From Phaeosaccion multiseriatum (lineage: Eukaryota > Protista > Ochrophyta, other classes), in NCBI GenBank assembly GCA_965112735.1, contig OZ218957.1:1674001-1738000 (forward strand): a stretch of 64,000 nucleotides of DNA, read 5' to 3'. The position numbers and the translations under genes are program-made. The notes beneath the pieces were generated by a model, which saw only the letters and a list, made by a program, of their open reading frames with translations, was not told where the DNA came from and ran no database searches. This document shows, piece after piece, positions 39,001 to 50,300 of this stretch. The number at the start of each line of letters is the position of its first letter. Position 1 is the stretch's first letter.

Positions 39001-40986
39001 CGTGTCTGTGTATCGCTCCGTCGAGGACATGGCCTTTCGCCTCTATTGCCCAAAGACGTGCACTACTCTCAGAAAAGGTGAGTTAACGACTCGACCCATT
39101 CCATTAAACGACCTGTTGACATGATAGCATCCGTTCACCACCCACGCATACAGACACATCCACACATACATACACGCACACACACACACTCCGCTGCACC
39201 CATAAGAACACACACAAACGTAAACTGTAAATTCACACCGCCCCCCCCCCGACCTCCCCCCCCCACACACATACATACTTACACACACATACATACCTAC
39301 ACACATACACACATACCTACACACATACATACCTACACACATACATACTTACACACATACACACATACCTACACACATACATACCTACACACACATACAT
39401 ACATACCTACACACATACATACATACACACACATACACACATACCTACACACACACATACCTACACACATACACACATACCTACACACATACATACTTAC
39501 ACACATATACACACATACCTACACACATACATACCTACACACATACATACTTACACACACGCACACACATACCTACACACATACATACCTACACACACAT
39601 ACTTACACACACATACACACATACCTACACACACACACCTACACACATACATACCTACACACATACGCACATACCTACATATATACCTACACGCATACAT
39701 ACTTACACACACATACACACATACCTACACACATACATACCTACACACACACATGCATCTGCCTACACAGCCCTTCCCATTGCGGGTCCGCGTGGCATGA
39801 TAACGTGGTTGAAGCAGGAGATGGCAGAGACGTATCGCGCCAGGAGGAGGGAGGTGGCCAGGCGGATTGCTCACGCTAGGAAGGTGGGGACGGGAGGGAA
39901 AGGAGGGAGGGAGGGAGGGAGGGAGGGAGGGAGGGAGGGAGGGAGGGAGGGAGGGAGGGAGGGAGGGAGGGAGGGAGGGAGGGAGGGAGGGAGGGAGGGA
40001 GGGAGGGAGGGAGGGAGGGAGGGAGGGAGGGGGGGGTGGGAGAGAGGAAGGGAGAGAGGGAGGGACCTTTCATTGACTTGATTGATCTGCCACTTCATTT
40101 GACGTAAGCCATATTCGTTGACTTGTGCCATGCGTTTCGACTCTTGACTCCTGACGCTTGGCAGGTGCTGCGACTACACGATGAGCTGGGCCTTGAGAAG
40201 AACAAGGAGAACCTCGCCGCAGCAGGGAGGATACACCAGGTTAGAGGCGTATGGGCAGGGGGGGAGACAGGCGGGCGGATGGGCAGGGAAGAGGTGTATG
40301 GGCAGGAAGATGTCATCATATGGGTGAATGGGCATAAGGGCGGAGCAGGCCAGATTCTTCTCGTCTCCTCTCTTCGATTCTTGCGACGATCGCTTCTATC
40401 CCTTCTTTGTGCAACCCTTCGTTCACCGCTTGCTTAACCTTCCTCCCTCTGCCCGTCCCTCTCTCTCCTTCTCTCCTTCCCTCTGTCCCTCCCTGCCTGC
40501 CTCCCTCCCTCCCTCCCTCCCCAAACCTTCACACAGCATGCCACTGAGATGGAGAAACGCATCGAGGAAGCGGTGGCAAGTGCAGTGGCAGAGAGGAAGG
40601 AGAGGAAGAGGAAAGAGTCCGTCAGGCTAGTTGCTGCTGCTGCTGCTGCAGTAGGGCCTCCGGGGGGGGTGCAGGGGGGTGGGACCGTAGGAGGGGGCGG
40701 CGAGCGAGGGAAGGAGGAGGGGGCGAAGGAGGGGGGGGCGGAGATGAAGGAGGAGAAGGAGGAGAACAAGGCGGAGGAGCAGAAGACGAAGAAGAAGAAG
40801 GAGGAGGAGAAGAAGGAGGAGAGGAAGAAGAAGGAGAAGGACGAAGAGAAGGAGGAGGAGGAAGGCAAGACGAAGGGCGGGACAGAGCAGCTTGGTGGGG
40901 AGGGGACAAGTAGCGGCCGAGAACAAGTCGTAGGGGCAGTCGTTGGTCATACAACGGTGGGTGTGGGTGATGCAGTGGTTGGTGAT

Positions 40987-41019
<33 letters not shown>

Positions 41020-42146
41020 GCGGCGGCGGCGGCGGCGGCGGCGGCAAGAGCGGTAAGAAGAGCCTCCCTCGCAGAGCGGACGATGGATAACATGTGGGAG
41101 GGAATGATGGTTAGGGGGGAGGAGGAGGAAGAGGAGGAGAAGGGGGGGAGGGGGGGAGAGGGGGGAGAGGGGGAGGGAGGAAGAGATAAAAGCGCAAGCA
41201 CAGGGAAGAGCAAGGAGCAGGGTGGAGAGAGCGACACCGACCAAGTCGATGACGAAGAGGAGGAGATGAAGAGGAAGCAGGACAAGCACGGAGCTGATGG
41301 CATGGGGGAGGGGCAAGAGGACGCGACTCGAGGTGTAAGGCAATGTGTGGACAGCTTCTCGCCGCCGCCGGAGCTGCTGGACATGGGCCTTGTGCCGTTA
41401 CTGCTCTACCCCGGGGTAGTACAGGATTTGAAGCGGATGGAGGCGAGGGACAGCGTGCCGTTGAAGAGGAGTGACGACCCGGCTCGGAGTCGCTTAGAAC
41501 TACTCAAGCGGGGCAGTGAAAAGGATCTGCTGCCGTGGTTGCTCGGACGCTTGACGGTGTTGGAGTTGAAGCGGAGGCAGTGGCATTCCAAGACGAGGTT
41601 CACTGACGTCTACACGCAAGAGGTGCAAACGACCTTTGACGTGGAGGTGAACAAGAGGGACGAAGGAGCGAGTCGATTGAGCGGGATGCATCGCATTTGG
41701 AAGGCCAAGGAGAGGGCACGGCGCTTGGTGATGCAGCAGTGGGAGAAGCGCTTCGACAGCACCACGGCCAGGACGTACTACTTCAACCTAAAGTCCAGCA
41801 CCATGTCGTGGCAGAAACCCCACGTCCTCCTCCCTGAGCAAGACTTGCCCCCCCCCGCCAATCGATGGCTCGTAGAGACGGACGCTAGTGGCAAGACCTT
41901 CTACCTCAACCCTGCCACCGGACAAACGTCGTACAAGTCGGAGGCGGAGGCGGTGGTCTTGCTACAGAGGATGGCACGACGGCACCTTAGTATGCGGAGT
42001 ATAGAGGGAAGGCCGAGCTTGGAAGGCGTCAAAACGGCGCTTCGCTTCTCGAGTGAGGCAGAGGCCAAGTACCTCGCCACGCCTTCGCGCCTCTCGTCCA
42101 TGCTCAACCACGCCCTCGTGCTTTGGTGCGTGTGTGTGTGCGTGTG

Positions 42147-42180
<34 letters not shown>

Positions 42181-43969
42181 GGCGTGTGTGTGTGTGCCTG
42201 CGTGTGTGTGTGTATTTGTGTATGAGTGTGTATGTGTGTGTATGTGTGTGTTGCGTGTGTGAGAGAGAGACAGTGTGTGTGTGCGCGTATTTGTGTATGT
42301 GTGTGTATGTGTCTGTTGTGTGTGTGGGCGTGTGTGTGTGCCTGCGTGTGTGTGCGCGCGTGTATTTGTGTATGAGTGTGTATGTGTGTGTGCGTGTGTG
42401 TTGCGTGTGTGTGAGAGAGAGATAGTGTGTGTGTGCGCGTATTTGTGTATGTGTGTGTATGTGTCTGTTGTGTGTGTGCGTGAGAGAGAGAGAGTTTGTG
42501 TGATTGTACGCGGACCCTCAACAATGAACCCGTTAACGAGCCCCACCAATCAACGCCACATCGAACCCCATGACCCCGTTAACGCACCCCATTATTCAGG
42601 TGCCACTGCAACAAGCTTGAGGAGAGTAAACCCCTCTTCGAGCAATGCTCTCGCCTCTCCGCCGACAACCCCTTGGTGCAGCGGGCATACGGACTCTTCC
42701 TCCTCGCCACTTGTGAGTTCCCGAGAGCAAAGAGCTACGCCAAGGCCACCGCCATGCTCAGCGCCGCCAACTTTAGGTAAGGAGGTTGGGTGGTGTCTCT
42801 ACAAGAAGGTTAGGTGCCTCTACGTTAGGGGTTCTCTTCTTCGTAAGGACGTTGAGTGTCTCTACGGGGTTTTCTTCTTTATTGTTTGCTCCTTTATAGC
42901 GTCTGCCAACTTGAAAATTCTTCACCTCCCCTTCGCTACCCTCCCCTCCTCTCCCCTCCCCTCCCCTCCCCCGCTCCCCCCCATCCAACTTCACAACAAC
43001 AGGGACCGTGACCTGGACATGTTCACACTCGCCGAAGAGTCGTTCTATCACTGGGGGCTGGTCATCGCCCCTCAATCCCCTCGGGCGCTTCTCAACATGG
43101 CGCTGGTGTACGAGCACGTACACCAAGACTACGAACGGGCCGCCATTTGTTACCGCCGCGCCCTCCTCTTAAACAAGGAGGATCAAAACCTCTTGACGAA
43201 CTACGCCTCCTTCCAACGAAACCGTCTCCCGGGCGGCAAGTACCCCGGTGGGGGCCCTGGAGGAGCCGCCATGAAGAGAGGCCAGGTGGTCAGGAGGAAG
43301 CGTGAGTGGGAGCAGTGGGTGCAAATGTTCGATCCGGAGGCAGGGCCGTTCGGGGCAGGGCCAGGAGGAGGAGCGGCGGGTGGATCACCAACTGCTGGGG
43401 CGGGGGCGGGGGCTGGTGGGGCGAAGGTGGGATCGAAGGTGGGGGCGAAAGCCAAGGGATCGAAGGCGAAGGCAAGGGGTGTATCACCAACTGCTTGGGG
43501 TGACGCGGCGGCTTCGGCGGAGTCCGAGTTTGGTACCTTTTACTTCAACACGGTGACACAGGCTACGCTGTGGGCCCCACCGGACGAGCAAAGCATGTGG
43601 ACAGCCCGCTTGGCGAGGGCGGCTTTCGTGCAAGAGCTTCCCTCGGACTGGGTGGAATACAGAGACCCCGATCCTTACAAGCCCAGCGGAGGCCTGGTGG
43701 GAGGGGGCAGCATCGACGGTATGGAGGGGGGAGGGGGAGGGGGAGGGAGTGCGGACATGTTTTATTACAACAGCAAGACCGGGTTGAGTCAGTTCGAGCA
43801 TCCCACCGACCGTCACGGGGCTGGTGGTGATGATGGTGGTGGGGATGCAGCAGTTGGTGATACAGGAGCATCAGCAGCAGCAAAGGGGCAGAATACAGCA
43901 GAGGCGGCGGGTGGAGCGGCGGCCGTGATAGCAGCAGCGCGGAGCACACGCGGAAGGGCGGGGGGGTGA
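26034..43969 (+). CDS. Very large multi-exon protein with IQ motifs, several WW domains and TPR-like repeats
   Basis: Exon 26034-26571 joins 27017 in phase (G|AA). IQ-like [17 protein letters not shown] and RIQGWTR at ~35680-35890. WW-like WEKRFD...YYFN...[28 protein letters not shown] and FYYNSKTG...FEHP. TPR-like [30 protein letters not shown]. Not every junction was verified, and this could be more than one gene. Confidence 0.7.
28267..28445 (+). repeat. 21-bp minisatellite (CAGGTATATGGGGAGGATGGG)n built from an exon/intron junction
   Basis: About 8 tandem units starting at the CAG|GTAAAG donor. Confidence 0.8.
32974..33760. repeat. Intronic (GT)n tract followed by (CCAA)n tract
   Basis: Directly visible microsatellites. 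Confidence 0.9.
36159..36610. repeat. (CCTT)n microsatellite of about 450 bp, intronic
   Basis: Directly visible. Confidence 0.95.
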
Positions 43970-44890
43970 GGGGGGGTTGACCGTTGGACGGCAAGGCATA
44001 GAGGCCGTCCCAGTACACGCCCCTGACAGAGAGAGAGGGAGGGAGGGAGGGAGGTAGGGAGGGAGGAAGAGAGAAGGAGGAAGGCAGAGAGGGAGAAAGA
44101 GAGGAGAAAGGCAGGGAGGGAGGAAGAGAGAAGGAGGAAGGCAGGGAGGGAGGAAGGGAGAAGGAGGAAGGCAGGGAAACGGCCTAGTGGCAGTACACAC
44201 CCCTGACAGAGAGAGCAGCCGTAGGGTCCCATCTGCCCCCCCCTGTGTGCATCTATGTGCGGCAGCATAGACGCGGTTAATATACGGTTAATATGAATAG
44301 AAGGGAGAGGGATGCTACTTAACGTTCAATAATGACAAGCCTGCACGTATTGTTACGTAACGAAGACCAGCCTAGACCAGCCTAGACCAGCATGTACCCT
44401 TCGCACATGCACACGCACAAACGCACACGCAAACGCAAACACACACGCACACACGCACACACTCACACACACACACACTCACACACACACACACGCACAC
44501 ACTCACACGCATACACGCATACACACATATACATACGCACACACACAAAAAAAACGCACACACGCACAGAGAGAGAGACACACGCACACGCATACCCACG
44601 CATGCACACACGCACACACATGGCACGGAGATGTGATGGTAGTTCCGTTCCACCGACCTGTGCTTCCTTCCTATATATAATCTATAGATAGTAACATGTG
44701 TGGTGGGTAGAGGTGGAGAGGAGGAGAGGAGGAGTGGAGGAAGAAGTAGGAGTGGTCAACAAGGCCCCTTGGGCTGAGGGAAGTGAAAAAGGGTTCACTG
44801 GGTGGAGCGTGTGGACATGTAAAACGACATGCGCTGTCGCCTACAGATAGGATAGAACTAGACACACGGACAAGGTATCGGCTCCAGACT

Positions 44891-45035
44891 GGCCTAGAAG
44901 CCTAGGCCTAGAGACGAAGTTCGGCCGGCCTAGGGGGGCCGCAGGCCCCCGGCCTAGGCCTAGAGGGGGCCGCAGGTCCCCGGCCTAGGCCTATTTTTGG
45001 CGCAGCCCCCCCGGCCTAGGCCTAGATCGACCCTG
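44891..45035. repeat. Cluster of GGCCTAGGCC palindromic repeats, possibly a transposon end
   Basis: CCGGCCTAGGCCTA recurs with GGGGGCCGCAGG spacers, ending at GATCGACCCTG. Confidence 0.55.
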
Positions 45036-45120
45036 GACAAGATTGCGGTGTGCCCCCACGCAACACAAGCTGATTCGCCTACTGAAGCTCAACTGTCGCA
45101 AAATTTTTTTTTCCTACAAT

Positions 45121-46396
45121 TTTTGAGTGGCACTTTATTTTTTTTGACGCCAAATGACGACTTTTTTTACAACGTTTGACGACGTTTGACGACGTTTGAC
45201 GGCGCTTTAGCCCCCTATTTGACGCCCTTTGACGCCCTTTTATCTTAATTCGCCTTAATTTCGTCTAAAAAAAATCACGGAAAAAAATCACGGAAAAGGG
45301 CGTCAAAGGGCGTCAAAGAGCGTCAAAAGGCGTCAAAGGGCGTCAAATAGGGGGCTAAAGCGTCGTCAAACGTCGTCAAACGTCGTCAAACGTCGTCAAA
45401 AAAATCGTCATTCGGCGTAAAAAAAAACTAATGGGGCGTCAAAAGTGCCACTCAACCGCGAAATCACAGTAAAAAAATCACGTAAAAAAAAAACACGGAA
45501 AAGGGCGTCAAAGGGCGTCAAAGAGCGTCAAATACTGCGATTTCGCGGTATTAATGGGGCGTCAAAAGTGCCACTCAACCGCGAAATCACAGTAAAAAAA
45601 TCACGTACTGTGATTTCGCGGTTGAGTGGCACTTTTTACGCCCAATTACGCCCCATTAATTATTTTTTACGCCAAATGACGACTTTTTTGACGACGTTTG
45701 ACGACGTTTGACGACGCTTTAGCCCCCTATTTGACGCCCTTTTACGCCCTTTTACGCCCTTTTACGCCCTTTAACGCCCTCTTCCGTGATTTTTTTTTAC
45801 GTGATATTTTTTAGACGAAATTAAGGCGTCAAAGAGCGTAAAAGGGCGTAAAAGGGCGTAAAAGGGCGTCAAATAGGGGGCTAAAGCGTCGTCAAACGTC
45901 GTCAAACGTCGTCAAAAAAGTCGTCATTTGGCGTAAAAAATAATTAATGGGGCGTAATTGGGCGTAAAAAGTGCCACTCAACCGCGAAATCACAGTAAAA
46001 AAAAAACGGAAAAGGGCGTCAAAGGGCGTCAAAGAGTCAAATACAACGTACGTACTGCGATTTCGCGGTTGAGTGGCACTTTTGATGCCCCATTAATTTT
46101 TTTTGACGCCAAATGACGATTTTTTTTATTTTTTTGGCGACGTTTGACGACGTTTGACGACGCTTTAGCCCCCTATTTGACGCCCTTTGACGCCTTTTGA
46201 CGCTCTTTGACGCCCTTTGACGCCCTTTTCCGTGTTTTTTTTTTACATGATTTTTTTTAGACGAGATTGAGGCGAATTAAGATAAAAGGGCGTCAAAGTG
46301 CGTCAAACGTCGTCAAACGTCGTAAAAACAATCGTCATTTGGCGTCAAAAAAAATTAATGGGGCGTCAAAAGTGCCACTCAACCGCGAAATCAGTT
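45121..46396. mobile_element. Cluster of 3-4 tandem or partial foldback MITEs (~350-390 bp each) with internal 10-bp subrepeats
   Basis: The best unit (~45606-45996) reads TA-CTGTGATTTCGCGGTTGAGTGGCACT...AGTGCCACTCAACCGCGAAATCACAG-TA. Internal arms of (TTTGACGACG)n and (TTTGACGCCC)n are mirrored by (CGTCGTCAAA)n and (GGGCGTCAAA)n. TA flanks suggest the Tc1/mariner type. Confidence 0.75.
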
Positions 46397-47045
46397 TATA
46401 AATTTGGCCAGCACAGATGGCACCAGACGCGCCCCATCCCTTTTCCCTTTCTATCTCCATTCACCTTTTCCCCTTTCACACGCAATGCTCTGCACAAAGC
46501 CTTGTCTTTCAGCCGGGTGCGGGAGGAGACGAGAGGGAAGAGCCACTCAAGAGCTGGTGTGCGGTGGATGGGCGTGAGACCCTCATCTCCTGAGGCGAAT
46601 TTGTTTTGTTTTGAAGGCCTTGGGGGGGAACTAGAAGACAATCTCTCCACATCGATCTGCGGGAAAGAACTTGAGGAAGGAGCCACTCAGAGGAGCTGAG
46701 GCTCCCATCATCATACCCTGATATCTTATCCCGTTGATCTGTTGAAGAACTCTCAGAGGAGAAGACCCTCTGCCTCGCAGCCGGGATCCAATAATCGTGG
46801 GGAGGGCGGTGAGAAGCAGTCGCAGCAGGGAGGATTGTGCAGTAGCCACGGAGCTGCGAGAATGCGGAAGGGGTGTACTGTGGAGGGGTGTGAGAATCAG
46901 CGGGTCCAAGGAGGATTGTGCACTAGGCATGGAGCTGTGAGAAAGACGTGTGCTGTGGAGGGGTGTGAGAAGCATCAGGTCCAAGGAGGATTGTGCACTA
47001 GGCATGGGGCTGTGGTCAACAGGTGTAGTGTGGAGGGGTGTGAGA

Positions 47046-47120
47046 TGTATATTAGAGCTTATGGGCTCAGTATTGGAGCGCTCGAGGTAAGTTGTAACCA
47101 TGTGTAGATGCGTGTATGTG
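47046..47120 (-). mobile_element. 75-bp 5'-truncated retrotransposon copy, at most a 1-bp TSD
   Basis: Reverse complement of the element's last 75 nt, between GAG A and AAG CAG of a repeat unit. Confidence 0.9.
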
Positions 47121-47198
47121 AAGCAGCAACAGCAGGGGGGATTGTGCATTAGGCACGGAGCTGTGGTCAAGAGGTGTACTGTGGAGGGGTGTGAGAAG

Positions 47199-47250
47199 TA
47201 TATTAGAGCTTATGGGCTCAGTATTGGAGCGCTCGAGGTAAGTTGTAACC
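47199..47250 (-). mobile_element. 52-bp 5'-truncated retrotransposon copy, 17-bp TSD
   Basis: TGGAGGGGTGTGAGAAG at 47182-47198 and 47251-47267. Confidence 0.93.
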
Positions 47251-47340
47251 TGGAGGGGTGTGAGAAGCATTCGCGGCAGGGAGGATTGTGCACTAGGCAT
47301 GGAGCTGTGGTCAAGACATGTACTGTGAAGGGCTGTGAGA

Positions 47341-50300
47341 TGTATATTAGAGCTTATGGGCTCAGTATTGGAGCGCTCGAGGTAAGTTGTAACCATGTGT
47401 AGATGCGTGTATGTGTGGTATTGATGGAGCGTGATGTGGAGGGGAAGAGGATGGTAAGGGTGGTAGAGTAGAGGATAATGGGGAATGGGAAGGGAGTGAG
47501 GGGGGGAGGAGGAGATGAAGGGGGGTGGGAAGGAGTGAGGTGGTGGAGGTGATATGTGAACTATCCTACTGGGGGTGGTGCGGGTGACAAGGCGTGACTA
47601 ACTGTGGTTGCTATGCTGTGTGCTGATGGTCTCGCTGTCTGCTGGCTGGTGTACTCCTGCTCCTCAGGCGGCCGCTCCGTCGATGGCTCCCATGAGCCCC
47701 CAGTCGAGGGTTTCTGCTGCTTCGTGCTGCGTCATCGTGGCTCGAAGGAGGGTGCCATACCTGATCTCCCGCTGTGAGAGGGCGCGTTGAAGGGCGAGGG
47801 ACAGTTGTTGGCGCAGGAGGCCCTTGATGGGGCCCGTGGCTGCCGCCGCTGCGGGGCCGAGCCCTCTTGATGCCTTGTGGATGGCCATCGCCTCGATGAG
47901 CTCGTCCGTTTGGTGGCCCAGTCTGCCGTACGTCTCGATTGCAATGCACTTCAGGGTTGAAGTCCCGGGCAGAAAACTGCCCAGGTAGTGAATGCGCTTG
48001 CGCTCTTCGGCGGCGGCTGCTGCGTGGCCTGGCGTGGTGGAGGCCCGTCCCACGTGGGTGGGGGCGGTGGGGTTGGTGACGGTGATGTCGCAGAGGAGGT
48101 TTCTCCGCAGGGGTGCGTCCGCTCCCGGGAAGCTACCTGCGGGATAGGTCAGATCCATGCGTAGGTCTCGGCCTGCTCGGGTGCCCGTGGGGCCGTCGAA
48201 GCAGGTCTGGTCCTCTACACGTGCTCCTCCAATGCCCACGCTGTGCATCATCCTCCCGAAGGCCTTGACGAGGAGGTGGTGTGTGTGGTTGTGGAGGCCG
48301 GTGCGGGGGCAGATGGTGGCGTGGGTGGTGCTTGCCGTGCGGGCGCAGCCTGTGCCGAGGCAGGGTGGGGGCGGGTCCGCGTATGGCGTGTTGACACCGA
48401 GGTTGCGACGAAGGGCCATGGTCCATTCTGCGGGGGCCATGGTGTTGTGGCCGTGGGGGAGCGCTCCGAGGAAGGCCATGGCGCCCCTTCCTCGCTGTGA
48501 GTGGAGTCGGGCTGTTGCCATTTCCTGTGTCTCCTCTCCCCTCTGTGCCTCTGCCGGTGTGACGTCGATGGTGGCGATGCTCTGCGTCAGCTCCTCATGG
48601 CGGCGTTTGTGGATGAAGGTGGTGAGGGCCTTCTGGACGCCGTGGGTCGGTTGACGGCCTGCCTGATGGCTCCTGCGCACGTTGCGTCGCGCTGTGTCTT
48701 GGGCTTGGTGGTCAGGCGGCTCGAGTACGCGTGAGCGGGCCTCGTCGAACTGTGCCTGACCCACTGCTTGGATGAGGGGGGCCTCAGGGACCCCCTCCTC
48801 GTGCAGGAGGTTGACGCTGTCGGCGACGCTCTTGAGGGCTCCGTTGGTGAACAGCTGGTCCGGTAGGGCGCTCTCTTGGGAGCCTTCCCGGCGTGCGGTG
48901 CGGCTGAGCAGGGGGGGGAGGGTGAGCATCTTGTTGCCAAGGTATGCTGCTGGGGCGATGTCGTGGAGGCTGGTGAGGCCGAGGCCGCCGAAGCGCCGTG
49001 CCGTATGCATTTGTAGGCGCTGTGTCTCCGTCCATGGCTCCTCTTGTGCATCTGCGGCCTGCTCCAGAGGGGGGGCATCGGGGAGTCGCATGATGTGGGC
49101 CAGTGTCGCCCTGTTGGTGCGGTCTGCCCTGCTGCCGAGGGCGCGTCGGAAGATGGAGGGGTCAATGGCTCTCGCCAGGTGTGTGAGCCTGGCTGGGAGG
49201 CATTGGAGGAGGACGAGGGTGGCCGCCTGGGTGTTGTCCCACTCGCTGCAGTGTTTGGCGAGTTGGAGGTAGCCCCTGGGGTCTTCTTGGCCGAGGATGT
49301 TGCGGAGGTACTCTTCGATGTACTCCTCTGTGCCGACGGGGATGCCGGCTACCACGGTACCCTCGGTGGCAAGTGTGGCGCCCTGCCGTTGGGCGTGGTC
49401 CCTGTCAGCCTGTGTTGGCTGCTTGCCTTTGCCCATGAGGTAAACCGTTTTCCTCTCGTTGAACTCGAGGCCCAAGCCTCGGAATTGGGCTTGGAGATGG
49501 GCATGGCGTGGGGCGTAGGTCTGTAGGGGTGCGTCGGGTTCCAGCTGGTCCATGAGGTCGTCTGCGTAGGCGGAGATGGTGGGGCGGTTCGCTGCGGTGT
49601 CGGCTGTGTTCTGAACTTTCAGCACTGGGTGGATGGCGGCTGCGAACATGAGAGGCCCTTCTGGTGCTCCTTGGTTGACTCCGGAGCTCTGGTGGATGGT
49701 CTGGGTGCCGTCTGGTGTGAGGGCGTTGTGGGCGGAGGCGTGGGAGAGGCTGGCGATGGCGTAGTTGATGCCTGCTGGGTCGATGGTAGGGAGTGCGCCT
49801 GAGGCTAGGACGCCTCTGGCACGCGACACGCGGGTGTAGGCCTTGGTGATGTCATGCAGCACGACGGTTTTGCCGGCATCGTGCGCTAGCTGGGCTGCTG
49901 CGGCGTGTGTTTCCCCTCCGCCTCTGACCGCTACCGCTAGCTGTCCTGCGCTTCTGAGCTCTGGGCCCACCCTGTCCGCGATGAGCTTCATGTGACAGCT
50001 CTCCACGAGGCTGCGGTAGAGGTTGGGGGATGTCACAGGACGCGCTTTCTCGCCGAGGGCTGCGGCGCTGGTGCTGAACCACCGTTTGGCGAGCTGTGGA
50101 GGCAGTGGAGTGTCCCCCGTTCGGAGCAGCTCGTAGGTGTCAGTCAGAGCCTCCACGATTGCGTACTCCTGGGGGCTGTCCGGGGGTACTTGACGTGGCT
50201 CGCCCTGCGCCCGTCTGCTCCTTGGCCCTTCCAGTAGTTGACCCTCCGGTAGGTCAGCAGCATGGCTGTGCTGATCTCCTCTCTGGTGACGTCGTTGCCA

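Noticed and set aside
32910-39879. Long low-complexity ORFs (poly-CV, PSFL, THT, EGRK)
   Set aside because: These are translations of intronic microsatellites.
46800-47340. CRISPR-like repeat/spacer array
   Set aside because: The repeats are 75-bp coding units, the inserts are all the same retrotransposon 3' end with TSDs, there are no cas genes, and the context is eukaryotic.
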